Positions 19,623-31,810 of a stretch of 64,000 nucleotides of DNA are shown here, one piece after another. Below the pieces are notes generated by a model that saw only the letters and a list, made by a program, of their open reading frames with translations, ran no database searches and was not told the DNA's origin. Position 1 is the first letter of the stretch. Each line of letters starts with the position of its first letter. A program made the translations under genes and the position numbers. The stretch lies in NCBI GenBank assembly GCA_963821435.1, contig CAWGDR010000015.1, forward strand, positions 6,240 through 70,239, read 5' to 3'. The stretch is from an uncultured Acidobacteriota bacterium (lineage in GTDB: Bacteria; Acidobacteriota; Thermoanaerobaculia; UBA5066).

Positions 19623-21589
19623 ATGAGGCTCTCCGCTCTCCTCGCCGGGGCGAGTGCGGTGTTTCTCGCCGCCGCATCCGGCGCGCCGGCCGGACCCGCA
19701 GGGGTCCGGCCGCGCGTCTTCGTCGTCGGCTGGGACGGGGCGGACTGGGCGCTTCTTACGCCGCTGATGCGCGAAGGGAAGCTGCCCGAGCTCTCGAAGC
19801 TCGTCGCGAAGGGGAGGACGTACGACCTCGCCACGTTCGAGCCCATGGCATCCCCGATGATCTGGACGACGATCGCGACCGGCCGGACGCCGGTGGACCA
19901 CGGCGTCGCCGACTTCCAGGAGCGGGACCCGAGACCTCGGGTCGCTTCCTCCCCGTGACCGGGCGCTGCGGAAGGTCCCGGCCGTCTGGAACGCCGCCAG
20001 CGCGCTCGGTCTCAAGGTGGGCGTCGCGGGGTGGTGGGCGACGTGGCCTGCCGAGAAGGTGAACGGATTCCTCGTCTCGGACCGGCTCGCCCCCGTCCTG
20101 TTCGACGTCGAGATGCTCTCGAGGTCGTCCGCGCTCGCCTGGCCGGAGTCGCTCTCGGAAGGGGCCCGCATCGTCCTGAAGCGGGAGGGGAGCCCGTCGT
20201 TCGAGGAGGTCGCCCGCGGCCTCGCGGTGACGCGCGGCGAGTTCGACGCGGCCGTCGCCGCGCAGAAGGACCTCGCGGACCCGGTCACCGGCTTCCGGAA
20301 GATCCTCGGGGCGACGCGCGCGACGGCGAAGGTCGCGACGGAGCTCTACGACCGCGAGACACCCGGATCTCCTGTTGGTCTACCTGCAGGGAACCGACGA
20401 GATCGGGCACGTCCTCGGCCGGTACGTCCCCCCCGCCCTCCCGGGCGTCTCCGACGCCGACGCAAAACGTTACGGGGGCGGCGTCGCGGCCTTCTACGCG
20501 GAGGCGGACCGCCTCCTCGGCGAGCTCCTGCGCCGGGCCGAGCGGGACGGTGCGACGCTGATACTCCTCTCCGACCACGGCTTCCGGTGGGGAGCGACCG
20601 CCCTCGATTCGCGAGGGCGCTCTCGTCGAGACGGCGTTCCTCTGGCACCGCCCGCCGGGAATTCTCGTCGCCGGCGGGCCCGACGTCGTCCCGTCGAAGA
20701 AACGGGGAAAGGCGAGCGTCTTCGACGTCGCGCCGACGATCGCGCGCCTCCTCGGACTTCCGCTCGACCCGGCCTTCGAAGGGAAACCGCTCGCCGGGCT
20801 CCGGCCGCGCGCGGCCCCGGTCCCGCCGAAGGCGTGGGCGTCGTTCGCGACGGTGGAGCGGCTCGTCCCGTCGACCGTGGCGGCGGACGAGAAGAGGATC
20901 GCCGACGAGTTCACGAAGAAGCTGATCTCCCTCGGCTACCTGACCGGGTCCGAGGCGGCGGCGGTGGAGAAGGCGTCGGCCCCGAAGGCCGGGCATGGAG
21001 ACGCCGACCGGCCTTTCGAACCTCGGGACGTTCCTCCGCGTCCGCGGGAAGCCGGCCGAATCGATCCCCTGGTACCGCCGCTCGCTCGAGCAGAGCCCGA
21101 AGAACCCGAAGACCTGGATGAACCTCTCTCAGGCGCTCTTCGCCCTCGGGCAGTACGGCGACGCCGACGCCGCCCTCCTGACCTCCCTCAGGAACGGCTA
21201 TCACGACCCCGAGGGGGCAGTCGAGCGCCGGGACGAAGCTTACGCATCCGGGACCGCGCGCGCGAACGAGCTCGCTTCGAGGCGGATCGCTTTCCTGAGG
21301 GGGGCCGCTGCGGCGCTTCCCGAAAGCGCCCGGGTCCGGCGCGCCCTCGGCGAGGCGCTTTTCGAGGCGCAGGAGTGCGCCGCGGCCGAGGCGGCGTTCG
21401 CCGACGCCGTTTCGAAGGACGGGAACGACGTCAGGACGCGGAACGGCCTCGGCCTCGCCCTTTTCTGCCAGGGGCGCCTCCCGGAGGCGCAGCGCGAGCT
21501 TCGCCAGTCGCTCGCGATCAAGCCGGACCAGCCGCGAGATCAAGAGGGCCCTCGCGATGATCGACACCGCCGCGGCGCCGAAGAAGTGA
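19623..21589 (+). CDS. Alkaline-phosphatase-superfamily (type I phosphodiesterase) protein with C-terminal TPRs (frameshifted)
   Basis: VVGWDGADW, ASPMIWTTIATG, GWWATWPAE, TDEIGH, LSDHGF, DVAPT, LISLGYL, then TPR helices. Confidence 0.82.
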
Positions 21590-21598
21590 GCGGCTTCT

Positions 21599-22392
21599 CT
21601 AGCGGTCGGGCTCCATCGCCCAGACCAGAGCCTTCTCGAACGCCGTCGGCTGGATCTTCATGTTCCCGCTGTACGGCCGGTCGAACTCGACCGCGAGGTA
21701 GAGCGTCACGAGGAGGATCCCGATCGCCGTGCCGTCGATCGCGAGCTGCTCGCGGCTGCCGATCCCCATGTAGTAGAGGCCGACGAGGAGGAGCACGCCG
21801 CCGGCGGCGAGCGCCCACCAGAGCGGCGCGGGAATGCTCCCCTCGAGGAGCAGGAGGCGGCTCTGCCGGTGGATCGACAGCTGGTCGTACTGGGCGAGGA
21901 GGTTGCCGTAGAGCGCCTGCTCCTTCAGATTCGATGGCGACAGGCCCCGGATCTCCCGGCCGACCGCCAGGAAGTGCTCCCGGGTCTTTGGACTCCCCGT
22001 CCCGGCCGCCATCGCCGGCCACTCGTCCGCGATCACGCTCCGGACATACCGGACGAGAGACTGCCGGCTCGGCTCCGCCCCGGGGAACGCCTCGGTCAGG
22101 CGGTAGAGGATGCCGAGGGTCTCGGCCTCCCTCATGGAGCTCCGCCGCGCCTCGTCGTACGTTTGCCAGAGGTTGACGACGATGAAGCCGAGGAGGAACG
22201 CGTACAGCGTGAACAGGAAGGAGATCGGCCCCAGGACGACCACCTGCTGGTGGGTCTCGAGAGAGTGTGGAAAACGCTTCCTGAGGCCGTTGAGGGCGCC
22301 ACGGCGGCGGCGAGAAGGAGCAGCCCGACGACGATGGCGGTGACGGTGCCCATGGTGATTTCGAGGATACCAAGCCGCTCCGAAGCGCCCAT
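21599..22392 (-). CDS. DUF4239 (bestrophin-like) membrane protein (frameshift near the uncertain start)
   Basis: LYAFLLGFIVVNLW, YVRSVIADEWPAM, EFDRPYSG. Confidence 0.75.
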
Positions 22393-22413
22393 ACTGGAGG
22401 GAAGGGGACGCCT

Positions 22414-23318
22414 GTGGAACGCGCCGAAGTGCTCCTGCACGGCCAGCAGAATCGGCTACCGGGCCGAGGGGAGCGGCTCCGTGCTCGTCCTCCTGCACGG
22501 GATCGCGGGAACGTCGGCGACGTGGGACGACCTGATCCCGCGCCTCAGCGCGCGTCATCGCGTTCTCGCGCCGGACCTCCTCGGCCACGGCGAATCGGCC
22601 AAGCCCGAGGGGACTACTCGCTCGGCGCCTACGCCAACATGCTCCGTGATTTTCTCGAGGTGCTCGGCCACGAGCGCGCGACGCTCGTCGGGCATTCCCT
22701 CGGGGGCGGCATCGCCCTCCAGTTCGCCTATCAGTTCCCGGAGAAATGCGAACGGCTCGTCCTCGTCTCGAGCGGCGGCCTCGGACGGGAGGTTCACCCG
22801 CTGCTCCGGGCGGCCGCTCTGCCGGGAGCCGAGGTCGTCCTCCCGTGGCTCAGCGTGGCGGCGCGGCAGAGCGTCGGCCGCGTCGTCCACGCGCTCGGAA
22901 GCCTGGGTCTCCGGGCCAGCGCCGACCTCGAGGAGTCGTGGCGCAGCTTCGTCTCGCTGGAGGAGCCCGACGCCCGCCGGGCGTTCCTCCACACCGTGCG
23001 GGGATCATCGATCTCCACGGCCAGCGGGTCAGCGCTAACGACCGGCTCTACCTCGCCGCCGGGCTGCCGACGCTGATCCTCTGGGGCGAACGGGACCGGC
23101 TCATCCCCGTCCGGCACGCTCGCGAGGCGCACGAGCGGATCCCGGGAAGCCGGCTCGAGATCTTTCCGGGCGCCGGACACTTCTCCTGGCGTGACGAACC
23201 GCGGCGATTCGCCGAGGTCCTTCTCGACTTCATGAAGACCACGACACCGCTGCCCTTCGACAAGAAGCGTCTGCGAGGGCGGCTTCGCGAGGGGATGCCA
23301 GCGGGCCCGGCAGCCTGA
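22414..23318 (+). CDS. Alpha/beta-fold hydrolase (frameshifted)
   Basis: LLHGI, PDLLGHGES, GHSLGG, ILWGERD, GAGH. Confidence 0.9.
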
Positions 23319-23331
23319 GCCGCCGTTCTCC

Positions 23332-24267
23332 ATGCGCACGCCGATCATGGCCTTTCTCGTGTTGGCGTCGGCGGCGGCCGGCCCGTTCGACTACGACGCG
23401 TCGGCGCCCCTGGACGTGCGCACGTCGGGAGTCGAACGGCGCGGCGGCGTCACCGTCCACGAGATCTCGTACGCCAGCCCGAAAGGGGGGCGGGTCCCCG
23501 CGACGCTCGTCGTGCCGGACGGGAAGGGGCCCTTCGCCGCCGTGATCTGGGGGCACTGGTACTGGGAGAACTCGGAGTTCCGGAACCGGAAACAGTTCCT
23601 CGCCGAGGCGGTGGCGCTCGCGCCGTCCGGCGTCGTCTCTCTCCTGACCGACGGACCCGTCGCGCGGCCGGGGCACGTCACGGACCGGACGCCGCTGAAC
23701 ACGCGTCAGATGACGGACCTCGTGCAGCAGGTCGTCGACATGCGCCGCGGCGCCGACCTCCTCCTCGCCCGGCAGGACGTCGACCCGGGGCGGCTCGGCT
23801 ACGTCGGGCACAGCTACAACGCGACCGTCGGCGGGATCCTGAGCGGCATCGACCGGCGCTTCGCCGCCTTCGTCCTGATGGCGGGCGGCCTCTCGGAGGA
23901 GTCGGACCGGAAGCTCCCTGTCTACCGGAAGTACCGAGAGAAGGTGGGCCCCGGCAAGTTCGACGCCTTCGTCGCCGCCCATGCGTGGGCCGACCCCGGA
24001 AAGTACGTCTCCCGCGCGGCGCCGGCCTTCGTCTTCCTCCAGTACGCGACGGAGGAGGACTTCCTGAGCCCGGAGCACGTCCGGGAGTACGTCGGCCTCG
24101 TCAGCGATCCCAAGCGCTTCGTCCTTTACGAGGCGCCGCACGCGCTGAACTCCGAGGCCCGGCGCGACCGGATGGCGTTCCTCTGCGAGCAGCTCTGCGT
24201 GCGGCCTCCGGCCCCGAACGTGATCGCCGCCGTTCCCGACCTCCCGCAGCCGGCCACGGAGCGGTAG
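23332..24267 (+). CDS. Exported alpha/beta hydrolase (esterase-like)
   Basis: Signal peptide; [23 protein letters not shown]-terminal His (APHAL). Confidence 0.75.
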   Translation: MRTPIMAFLVLASAAAGPFDYDASAPLDVRTSGVERRGGVTVHEISYASPKGGRVPATLVVPDGKGPFAAVIWGHWYWENSEFRNRKQFLAEAVALAPSGVVSLLTDGPVARPGHVTDRTPLNTRQMTDLVQQVVDMRRGADLLLARQDVDPGRLGYVGHSYNATVGGILSGIDRRFAAFVLMAGGLSEESDRKLPVYRKYREKVGPGKFDAFVAAHAWADPGKYVSRAAPAFVFLQYATEEDFLSPEHVREYVGLVSDPKRFVLYEAPHALNSEARRDRMAFLCEQLCVRPPAPNVIAAVPDLPQPATER

Positions 24268-24314
24268 TGACTGCGCTATCGTCCTGGCTTCGATTCTCGC
24301 GACAGGAGGACCGG

Positions 24315-25732
24315 ATGACCGAACGCGGAAGGTTTCAGCTCGACGAGTCCCGCATCCCGAAGGCCTGGTACAACGTGAACGCGGACATGCCGGTGCCGCC
24401 GACGCCCGTCCTCCACCCGGGGACGATGGAGCCGGTGACGCCCGACTTCCTCGGCGTCCTCTTTCCGATGAACCTCGTGATGCAGGAGGTGACGCCGGAG
24501 CGCTGGGTCGAGATCCCGGAGCCGGTGCGCGACGTCTACCGCCTCTGGCGCCCGACGCCGATGTGCCGCGCGCTCCGCCTCGAGAGGAGCTGGACACGCC
24601 GGCGCACATCTACTTCAAGAACGAGAGCGTCAGCCCGGTCGGCTCGCACAAGGCGAACACGGCCGTCCCGCAGGCCTTCTTCAACAAGGAGGCGGGGACG
24701 AAGGCCCTCGCCACGGAGACGGGGGCGGGGCAGTGGGGGACGGCCCTGGCGATGGCCTGCAGCTTCTTCGGCCTCGACCTCGAGGTCTTCATGGTCAAGG
24801 TCTCCTACCACCAGAAGCCATACCGCCGGATCATCATGGAGAACTTCGGCGCCCACGTCTTCGCGAGCCCGACGGAGCGGACGCATTTCGGGCGGCAGGT
24901 GCTGGAAGAGGACCCCGATTCGCAGGGGTCGCTCGGCATTGCCATCTCCGAGGCCGTCGAGACCGCGGCGACGAGCGGCGGGAAGAAGAAGTACAGCCTC
25001 GGCTCGGTCCTCGGGCACGTGATGATGCACCAGACGGTGATCGGCCTCGAGGCGCTCGAGCAGATGGAGATGGCGGGCGAGTACCCGGACGTCGTCATCG
25101 GCTGCGCGGGCGGCGGGTCGAACTTCGCGGGCTTCGCCTTTCCGTTCGTCCACCGGAACCTGACGCAGGGGAAGAAAACGAAGATCGTGGCGGTCGAGCC
25201 GGCTTCTTGCCCGACGCTGACGAAGGGGAAATACACGTTCGACTTTGGCGATGCCGCGGCGATGGCGCCGATCGTGAAGATGTACACGCTCGGGCACACC
25301 TTCATGCCGCCCGGAATCCACGCGGGGGGGCTCCGTTACCACGGCATGGCGCCGACGGTGAGCGCGCTCGTCGCCCACGGCGACATCCAGGCGCGCACGG
25401 CCCGCCAGCTCGAGACGTTCGAGGCCGCGGTCCGCTTCTCGAAGGCCGAGGGGATCATCCCGGCCCCCGAGTCGGCGCACGCCATCCGCGCGGCGATCGA
25501 CGAGGCGCTCGAGTGCCGGAAGACGGGCGAAAAGAAGGTCATCGCCTTCAACCTGTCGGGGCACGGTCACTTCGACATGACCGCCTACCAGAGCTACCAC
25601 CACGGCCTGCTCGAGGACTTCGAGTACCCCGACCACGCCGTCGAGGAGGCGATGACGCACCTGCCGAAGGTGGGGGCGGGCCTGAGCGGGATCGCGTTCC
25701 GCCGGCCTCACCCGGGACTCACGGGCCGGTAG
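24315..25732 (+). CDS. trpB2: TrpB2-type tryptophan synthase beta-like PLP enzyme (one frameshift)
   Basis: [60 protein letters not shown]; SD AGGAGG. Confidence 0.92.
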
Positions 25733-26322
25733 ACGAGGCCTTCTTCCTCCATCTTCATGAAGGGCTTCTCCGTGCCCTTTCCCTTCTTGAGCAGGGTGAC
25801 GGTTTCCGCCAGCTTTCCGGGTGAGCTGGTCTGGTCCTGCCGGATCCGGATCGTGTCGAACGGGACGAACCAGTTCTTCCGCGCGTAGGCGATCTCCAGC
25901 GACAGCCCGCCCCCGCCCGCCTTCTCGTGCCCCGTCCCGTTTCCCTCGGACGTCGTGGCAACGAGGTCATACCCGCCGTCCGTGGCGGGAGACCTGCGGA
26001 CCTCGAACCAGAGCGTCTGGACGCGGGGGCCGGCGCGGCCGTCGTAGTTCGGGTGGCGGCGGTAGATCTCCTTGACCGCCTCCCAGCGGTCGCCGAAGCG
26101 CTTCTCGAGGACGAGGAAGTCGTAGTCCTGCTCGGGCGCGGCCACCCAGCCGTCCTTCACGAAGCGAAACGCGCGCGCATGACCGGCGAAGACGGACGTC
26201 GAGGTCGGGACGGGGGGCGGCGAGTCGGTCAGCGGCAGGGGAGACGGGCCCGACGCGCAGCCGGCGAGAGACGCCGTGAGGGCTCCGAAGAGGACGGGAA
26301 GAACCGGAGAAAGTCGTGTCAT
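25708..26322 (-). CDS. Hypothetical lipoprotein
   Basis: Lipobox LAGC; SD GGAGG; beta-strand-rich. Confidence 0.65.
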   Translation of the reverse strand: MTRLSPVLPVLFGALTASLAGCASGPSPLPLTDSPPPVPTSTSVFAGHARAFRFVKDGWVAAPEQDYDFLVLEKRFGDRWEAVKEIYRRHPNYDGRAGPRVQTLWFEVRRSPATDGGYDLVATTSEGNGTGHEKAGGGGLSLEIAYARKNWFVPFDTIRIRQDQTSSPGKLAETVTLLKKGKGTEKPFMKMEEEGLVYRPVSPG

Positions 26323-26400
26323 GGCGCGCCTCCCTTCAACTCCATTTCTCGAGCTTCGGCCAGATTTCGGCGAACGTCCACCCCCTGCGGCCGCCCTTTT

Positions 26401-26742
26401 CTAAAGCGCTCCGCCCGCCACCGGGAGATTCAGCGAAATGAGGACGAGGTCCTCGCGCCCGGTGTTCTCGTAGGAGTGGGCCTCGCCCCGCGGCACCGTG
26501 ACGACGACGTCTGCCTGGGCCATCCGGGTGCTCTCGCCGACGCGGACGCGCCCCTCGCCCGAGAGAAAGCAGAAGAGGTGCCCCCAGGCGTCCCGGTGCG
26601 ACGTGAAGGCGCCGCCGGGGAGGACCCGAATCAGCGTCACCTTCACCTCTCCCTCGAAGAGCGTTCTTCCGACGACGCCGTGCGCGACGTCAGGGCGGAC
26701 GGGACGCCACCCGGGGACTTCGCCAGGCAGACCGTCGCTCAT
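26401..26742 (-). CDS. Cupin domain protein
   Basis: PGG...H.D..GH...LSGEG and [13 protein letters not shown]. Confidence 0.85.
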   Translation of the reverse strand: MSDGLPGEVPGWRPVRPDVAHGVVGRTLFEGEVKVTLIRVLPGGAFTSHRDAWGHLFCFLSGEGRVRVGESTRMAQADVVVTVPRGEAHSYENTGREDLVLISLNLPVAGGAL

Positions 26743-26839
26743 CGGAGTCTCCTCACGCGCCCCCTTCTTACCTCATGATCTCCACACGCCGCTCCCTGGC
26801 CCCTGGCCCCTAGAATCGCCCGCAGGGAGGAGCCGTGCG

Positions 26840-27647
26840 GTGACCGACGCGACGATCGACCTCGATGCGTATTTTGCGCGGATTGGCTACTCGGGACCGC
26901 GCGAGGCGGGACCGGCCGTCCTTGCCGCGCTGACCGAGGCGCACGCGACGGCGATCCCGTTCGAGAACCTCGACATCCTCCTCGGCCGCCCGATCCTCCT
27001 CGACCTCGCATCGCTCCAGGCGAAGCTCGTCTCGGGCGGTCGAGGCGGCTACTGCTTCGAGCAGAACACGCTCTTTGCGGCCGCTCTTCTCGCGCTCGGC
27101 TTTTCGGTGACGCCTCTGGCCGCGCGGGTCCGCTCGGGCGCGCCTCCGGCGTCGTCCGCCCGCGGACGCACATGCTTCTTTCCGTCGACCTTTCGGAAGG
27201 CCGGTCCTCGCCGACGTCGGCTTCGGCGGCGACGGTCCGATCCGCCCGCTCCCGCTCGCGGCGGAGCGCGAGGTCCGGATCGGCATGTCCCGGTTCCGGC
27301 TGTGCCGCGAAGGACCCCTGTGGGTGCTGGAGGGCGACGAGGGCGACGGCTGGCAGGACCTCTACGCGTTCACGGAGGAGCCGCAGCAGCCTGTGGACTT
27401 CGAGGTCGCGAACTGGTTCACCAGCACGTGGCCGAGATCGCCCTTCACGACGAGCCTCGTCGCGCACCGGCAGGGACGCGAGGCCCGTTCGACCCTCCGC
27501 GACCGCGAGCTGACGCTTCGCGACGCGTCCGGCGTCCGCACGGAGACGATTCGCGATCCGGAGCACCTGCTCGCGGTGCTGCGCGAGCGCTTCGGGCTGT
27601 CGTTCCCGGCCAGGACGCGCTTTTCGGCGCCGCTCTTCCCGGACTGA
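26840..27647 (+). CDS. Arylamine N-acetyltransferase family protein (frameshifted)
   Basis: [25 protein letters not shown] (Cys-His-Asp triad). Confidence 0.9.
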
Positions 27648-27659
27648 CGGCCGATCCCT

Positions 27660-29504
27660 TCAGGCGACCTGCGGAAAGGCGGCGTCCAGCGCGCTCCGGT
27701 CCCCCGAGAGGATCGCCTCCGCGTGGGCCGAGGCGCGCGGGAGGAGGTTGTAGACGAAGAACTGCGCCGTGCAGAGCTTGTCGTAATAGAACCTCGACGA
27801 CTCGTCGTTCGCGGCCCTCGCGCGGTAGGCCGCGAGGTCGCCGGGACCCAGCTTCCCGAGGGCGAGAATCGCCTGCTCGAGGAGGAGCGCGGCGCACGCC
27901 ACGTCTCCGAAGAGGCGGAGGTACGGCGTTGCCACGAGGAATGCGAAGTGCGGGTCGCCGGCCTCGAGGGACTTCGTGATTTTCGCCGTGCAGAGGAGGA
28001 GCTGCTCGCGCGAGGCGTCGAGCTTCTTCACCCACGGGCCGATCACGGCGTTTTCGGATTGCGCCTCGACGAAGGCGGCGAGGCCGGCGGCGAACTCCCT
28101 GAACGGCGCCCCGCCGTCCATGCCGAGCTTCCGGCCGACGAGGTCGAGCGCCTGGATGCCGTTCGTCCCCTCGTAGATGGAGGTGATCTTCGCGTCGCGG
28201 CAGTACTGCTCGACCGGGTAGTCCGTGCAGAAGCCGACGCCGCCGTGCGTCTGGATGGCGTCCTCGCGTGACCCGGAAGCCCATGTCGGTGCCGTACGCC
28301 TTGCAGACGGGCGTGAGGAGCTGGACTGGCCCGATCGGCGTGCCGGCGCATCGCCTCGTCGGGGTGCGTTCCGGGCGAGGTCCATGTGGAACGCAGGTCC
28401 GGTAGATCAGCGCGCGGAGCCCTTCGACCTGCGCCTTCATGGTCGAGGAGCATCCGGCGGACGTCGGGATGGCTCGATGATCGTCTGCGGCTTCGCGTCC
28501 GGCGTACGCGGCGCGCCCTTCAGGCTCAGCCCCTGCACCCGCTCCTGCGCGTAGGCCAGCGCCTGCCCGTACGCGCCCGAGGCCTGGCCCAGCCCCTGCA
28601 GGCCGACCTCGAGCCGGGCCTCGTTCATCATCTGGAACATGTAGACGATGCCGCTGTTCTCCTGGCCGATGAGCCAGCCGCGGCACTTCCCGTTCTCTCC
28701 GAAGTTCAGCGTGCAGGTGCGGGCTCGCCTTGATCCCCATCTTGTGCTCGATGGTGCCGCACGTCATGTCGTTGCGTCCGCCGAGGCTTCCGTCCGCGTG
28801 CGGCAGGTACTTCGGGACGAGGAAGAGGGAGAGCCCCTTGGTCCGGGCGGCGCCCCCTCGACCCGCGCGAGCACCGGGTGGACGATCTGCTTCGTGAAGT
28901 CGTGATCGCCCGCCCGAGATGAAGATCTTCGTCCCCTCGAGGAGGAACTGTCGCCGTCCCGCTTCGCCTTCGTCTTGACCGCGGCGAGGTCGGAGCCGGC
29001 CTGCGGCTCGGTGAGGCACATCGTGCCGCTCCATTCGCCCGTGTACATCTTCTCGAGATAGAGCTTCTTCATCCAGTCGGCGCCGTGGCTTTCGATGATG
29101 TGCGCCGCGCCGCGCGTGAGCATCGGCGTCAGCGTGTACGAGAGGCAGGCCGCGATGAAGACCTCGCCGCACGCGATCGAGAGGAGGTTCGGAAGACCGA
29201 GGCCTCCCCACTCGGCGCTGTTGGACATCGCGACGAAGCCGTTCTCGACGAACGTCTTGTGGAACGCCTTCTGGCAGGCGGGCACGGTGACGTTCCCGGC
29301 CTCGAACTTCGCCCCCAGGCGGTCGGACTCGGCGTTGATCGGCCAGAGCTGCTCCTTCGCGAGGTCGTATGCCGCTTCGAGGATGCTCCGGTAGCTGTCA
29401 GCGTCCTGATCCTTGAAACTGCCGAGGCCGCAGAGGTCCCCGAGCTTCAGCTGCTCGAAGAGAACGAACTCCACGTCCTTCAGGTCGAATCGGAACTCCG
29501 CCAT
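27660..29504 (-). CDS. Acyl-CoA dehydrogenase, long (~600 aa) type (frameshifted)
   Basis: [55 protein letters not shown]; SD GAGGAGG. Confidence 0.92.
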
Positions 29505-29632
29505 CGGTCCTCCTCGTCACCGCCGTGACTCCGGATGCTCCTGACCCTGCCACCGATGGAGCGAGAAGACAATCCATCAGGGGGCCCACCGGCAGCCCGG
29601 CTTCCGGGCCACGCACGTCGCCTCGCGCCCGG

Positions 29633-30229
29633 TCAGCGCCTCCTCGCGAGGCGCATCGCGCCGCCGACGACGAAAAGCGCGAGACCCAGAAGGAGACCGC
29701 CGAACATAAGGAAGGCGAGGGCCTCGAGGAGCGGGTCCAGGAGCCGGGGCTTCGGGGTCGCCTGGAGAAGCAGCGAGAAGCAGACGAGGAAGAGTCCCCA
29801 CCGCCAGGTCGGCTTTCCGAACCAGGAGGGGCCCGGCGACGGGATCGGGGAGCGCGAGAAGATCCCACCCGCCCACGCCGCGACCGCCCAGATCTGCCAG
29901 GGCGTCACGAAGTTGAGGGCGTAGAATTGCCCGTCGACGCTGTTCATCGCGCGCTGGACGGCGAAGAGCAGAACGTCCGGCACGAGAAACGCCAGGGCAG
30001 GACGCCACGACGCACCGTGACGAATCGTGAGAACGGCGGCCACGGCGATCGTGCCGGCGAATCCCCAGAGGAAAAGATACGGAATCCGGCCCGGTTCGGT
30101 CATCTGCGGCCGGACGGCGAGCACCCGCTGCACCGAGATCGCCGCCTCGACGAGGACGAAGGCCGCGACCGAGACGAACCGGGCGCGGCTGCCGCCGTCA
30201 GCGCCGGCGCCCGTCGAAGCACTCTCCAT
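29633..30229 (-). CDS. Hypothetical membrane protein
   Basis: About six hydrophobic segments; no recognised family. Confidence 0.55.
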   Translation of the reverse strand: MESASTGAGADGGSRARFVSVAAFVLVEAAISVQRVLAVRPQMTEPGRIPYLFLWGFAGTIAVAAVLTIRHGASWRPALAFLVPDVLLFAVQRAMNSVDGQFYALNFVTPWQIWAVAAWAGGIFSRSPIPSPGPSWFGKPTWRWGLFLVCFSLLLQATPKPRLLDPLLEALAFLMFGGLLLGLALFVVGGAMRLARRR

Positions 30230-30320
30230 TTCTGGTCCCGATCATCCCCCGGGCCGGCCTTCGTCGCGCAGGTTCACCGGCCGGCGCCCGCCGGTCTCGT
30301 GCCCACAGGGGGCTGCGGCT

Positions 30321-30536
30321 TCACTTCCCCGGGGTGTACTTGAAGGAGACCTTGATCTTCGCCCGGTAGGCGACGATTTTTCCCGTCTCCATCTGAAGGT
30401 CGAGCTGGACGACCTCGGCGATCCGGAGGTCGCGAAGGCTCTTGGACGCAGCTACCACGGCCGACGCCGCGGCCTTTTCCCACGACTCCTTGCTCGTACC
30501 GACGAGCTCGATGACTTTGTACACGCTGTCTGCCAT
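30321..30536 (-). CDS. Dodecin family flavin-binding protein
   Basis: SVYKVIELVGTS.ESWE.A...ASKSLRDLR...YRAKIKVSFKY. Confidence 0.92.
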   Translation of the reverse strand: MADSVYKVIELVGTSKESWEKAAASAVVAASKSLRDLRIAEVVQLDLQMETGKIVAYRAKIKVSFKYTPGK

Positions 30537-30648
30537 GACGTCACCTCGTCGGGTCAGCCGGACCGGCTTCCCGGCGGCAGTTTACGCCTGCGGCGGCGAC
30601 GCACGGGCTGCGTCCCGGGGACTCCGATCGAGATCGCGGTGCCCGCGC

Positions 30649-30930
30649 TCACTCCTCGCATTCCAGCGGCTTCTCCCACCTGAAGAGCGCGCCGCCGGCT
30701 TCCTGCCGGCGCTTCTTCTCCTCGAGGAATCCCCACAGGAACGCCGCCGCCGTGGTGCGCTGGACGCCCTTCTGGATCATGAGGTCGAGGACCGTCGCGC
30801 CGGGGGAGCTTCCGAGGCTCTCCTCGATGCCGAGGAAATCGTGTCCACCAGCCGGATCGCCGTCGACGAGGAGTTGATACCGCGGCGCGGTCTTGGCTTC
30901 GTTCAACTGGAAACGGCGGGTCAGCTTCAT
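30649..30930 (-). CDS. Small hypothetical protein
   Basis: SD GAGGA before ATG; 93-aa ORF between ABC ATPase and dodecin. Confidence 0.55.
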   Translation of the reverse strand: MKLTRRFQLNEAKTAPRYQLLVDGDPAGGHDFLGIEESLGSSPGATVLDLMIQKGVQRTTAAAFLWGFLEEKKRRQEAGGALFRWEKPLECEE

Positions 30931-31002
30931 GGCGTCCTCGTCCGGCCTCTTCCCATCGGCAGTGTGCTCTCATTCTGCCTTCAGCGCTTCCGGGGCGGAC
31001 GC

Positions 31003-31810
31003 TCACCCCTTCCGGATCTCGTCCTCCTCGTGCCTCCGCTGCTCCTCCATCACGAGCGCGGTGAGCTCGCGCTTCAGGGCGTTGAACTCGGGCGACGCGG
31101 TGTCGCGCGGGCGCGGCAGAGTCGCACGGGACGATCCGCTTCACCGTGCCGGGGCGGTAGGTCATGACCACGACCCGGTCGGCCAGGTAGATCGACTCCT
31201 CGATGCCGTGGGTGACGAAGAGGATGGTCTTCCGGAGCTCGGCCCAGATCCGCAGCAGCTCGTCCTGCAGGTTGCGGCGCGTGAGGGCGTCGAGCGCGCC
31301 GAAGGGCTCGTCCATCAGCAGGATCGGCGAGTCGAGGCGAGCACCCGGGCGATGGCGACCCGCTGGCGCATGCCGCCGGAGAGGTCCTTGGGGAAGCGGT
31401 CGCGGAACTCGGAGAGGCCAGGAGCTGTCAGGAGCTCGTCCACCTTCGCGGCCGATGCGCGCCTTCGGCTCGCCGTGGATCTCCAGCCCGAAGGCGATGT
31501 TCTGCGTCCACCGTCATCCAGGGGAAGAGCGCGTACTCCTGGAAGACCATGGCCCGGTCGGGCCCGGGCCCGGTGACCGGCCGGCCGTTCGCGATCGAGC
31601 CGCCGGAGGTGGGCAGCGAGAAGCCGGCGATGGCGTTGAGCAGCGTCGACTTTCCGCAGCCCGGACGGGCCGAGCAGGCAGACGAACTCGCCGGCCGCGA
31701 CGTCGAGGTCGATGTCGCTCGAGGGCGACGCACCTCGTCGCCCGTCCGGCGGCGGAAGACCTTGCCGACGTTCTCGGCGAGGATCTGCGAAAGCCGGCCG
31801 TCGCGCTCAC
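31003..31810 (-). CDS. ABC transporter ATP-binding protein (SsuB/TauB type), frameshifted
   Basis: [44 protein letters not shown]. Confidence 0.9.
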
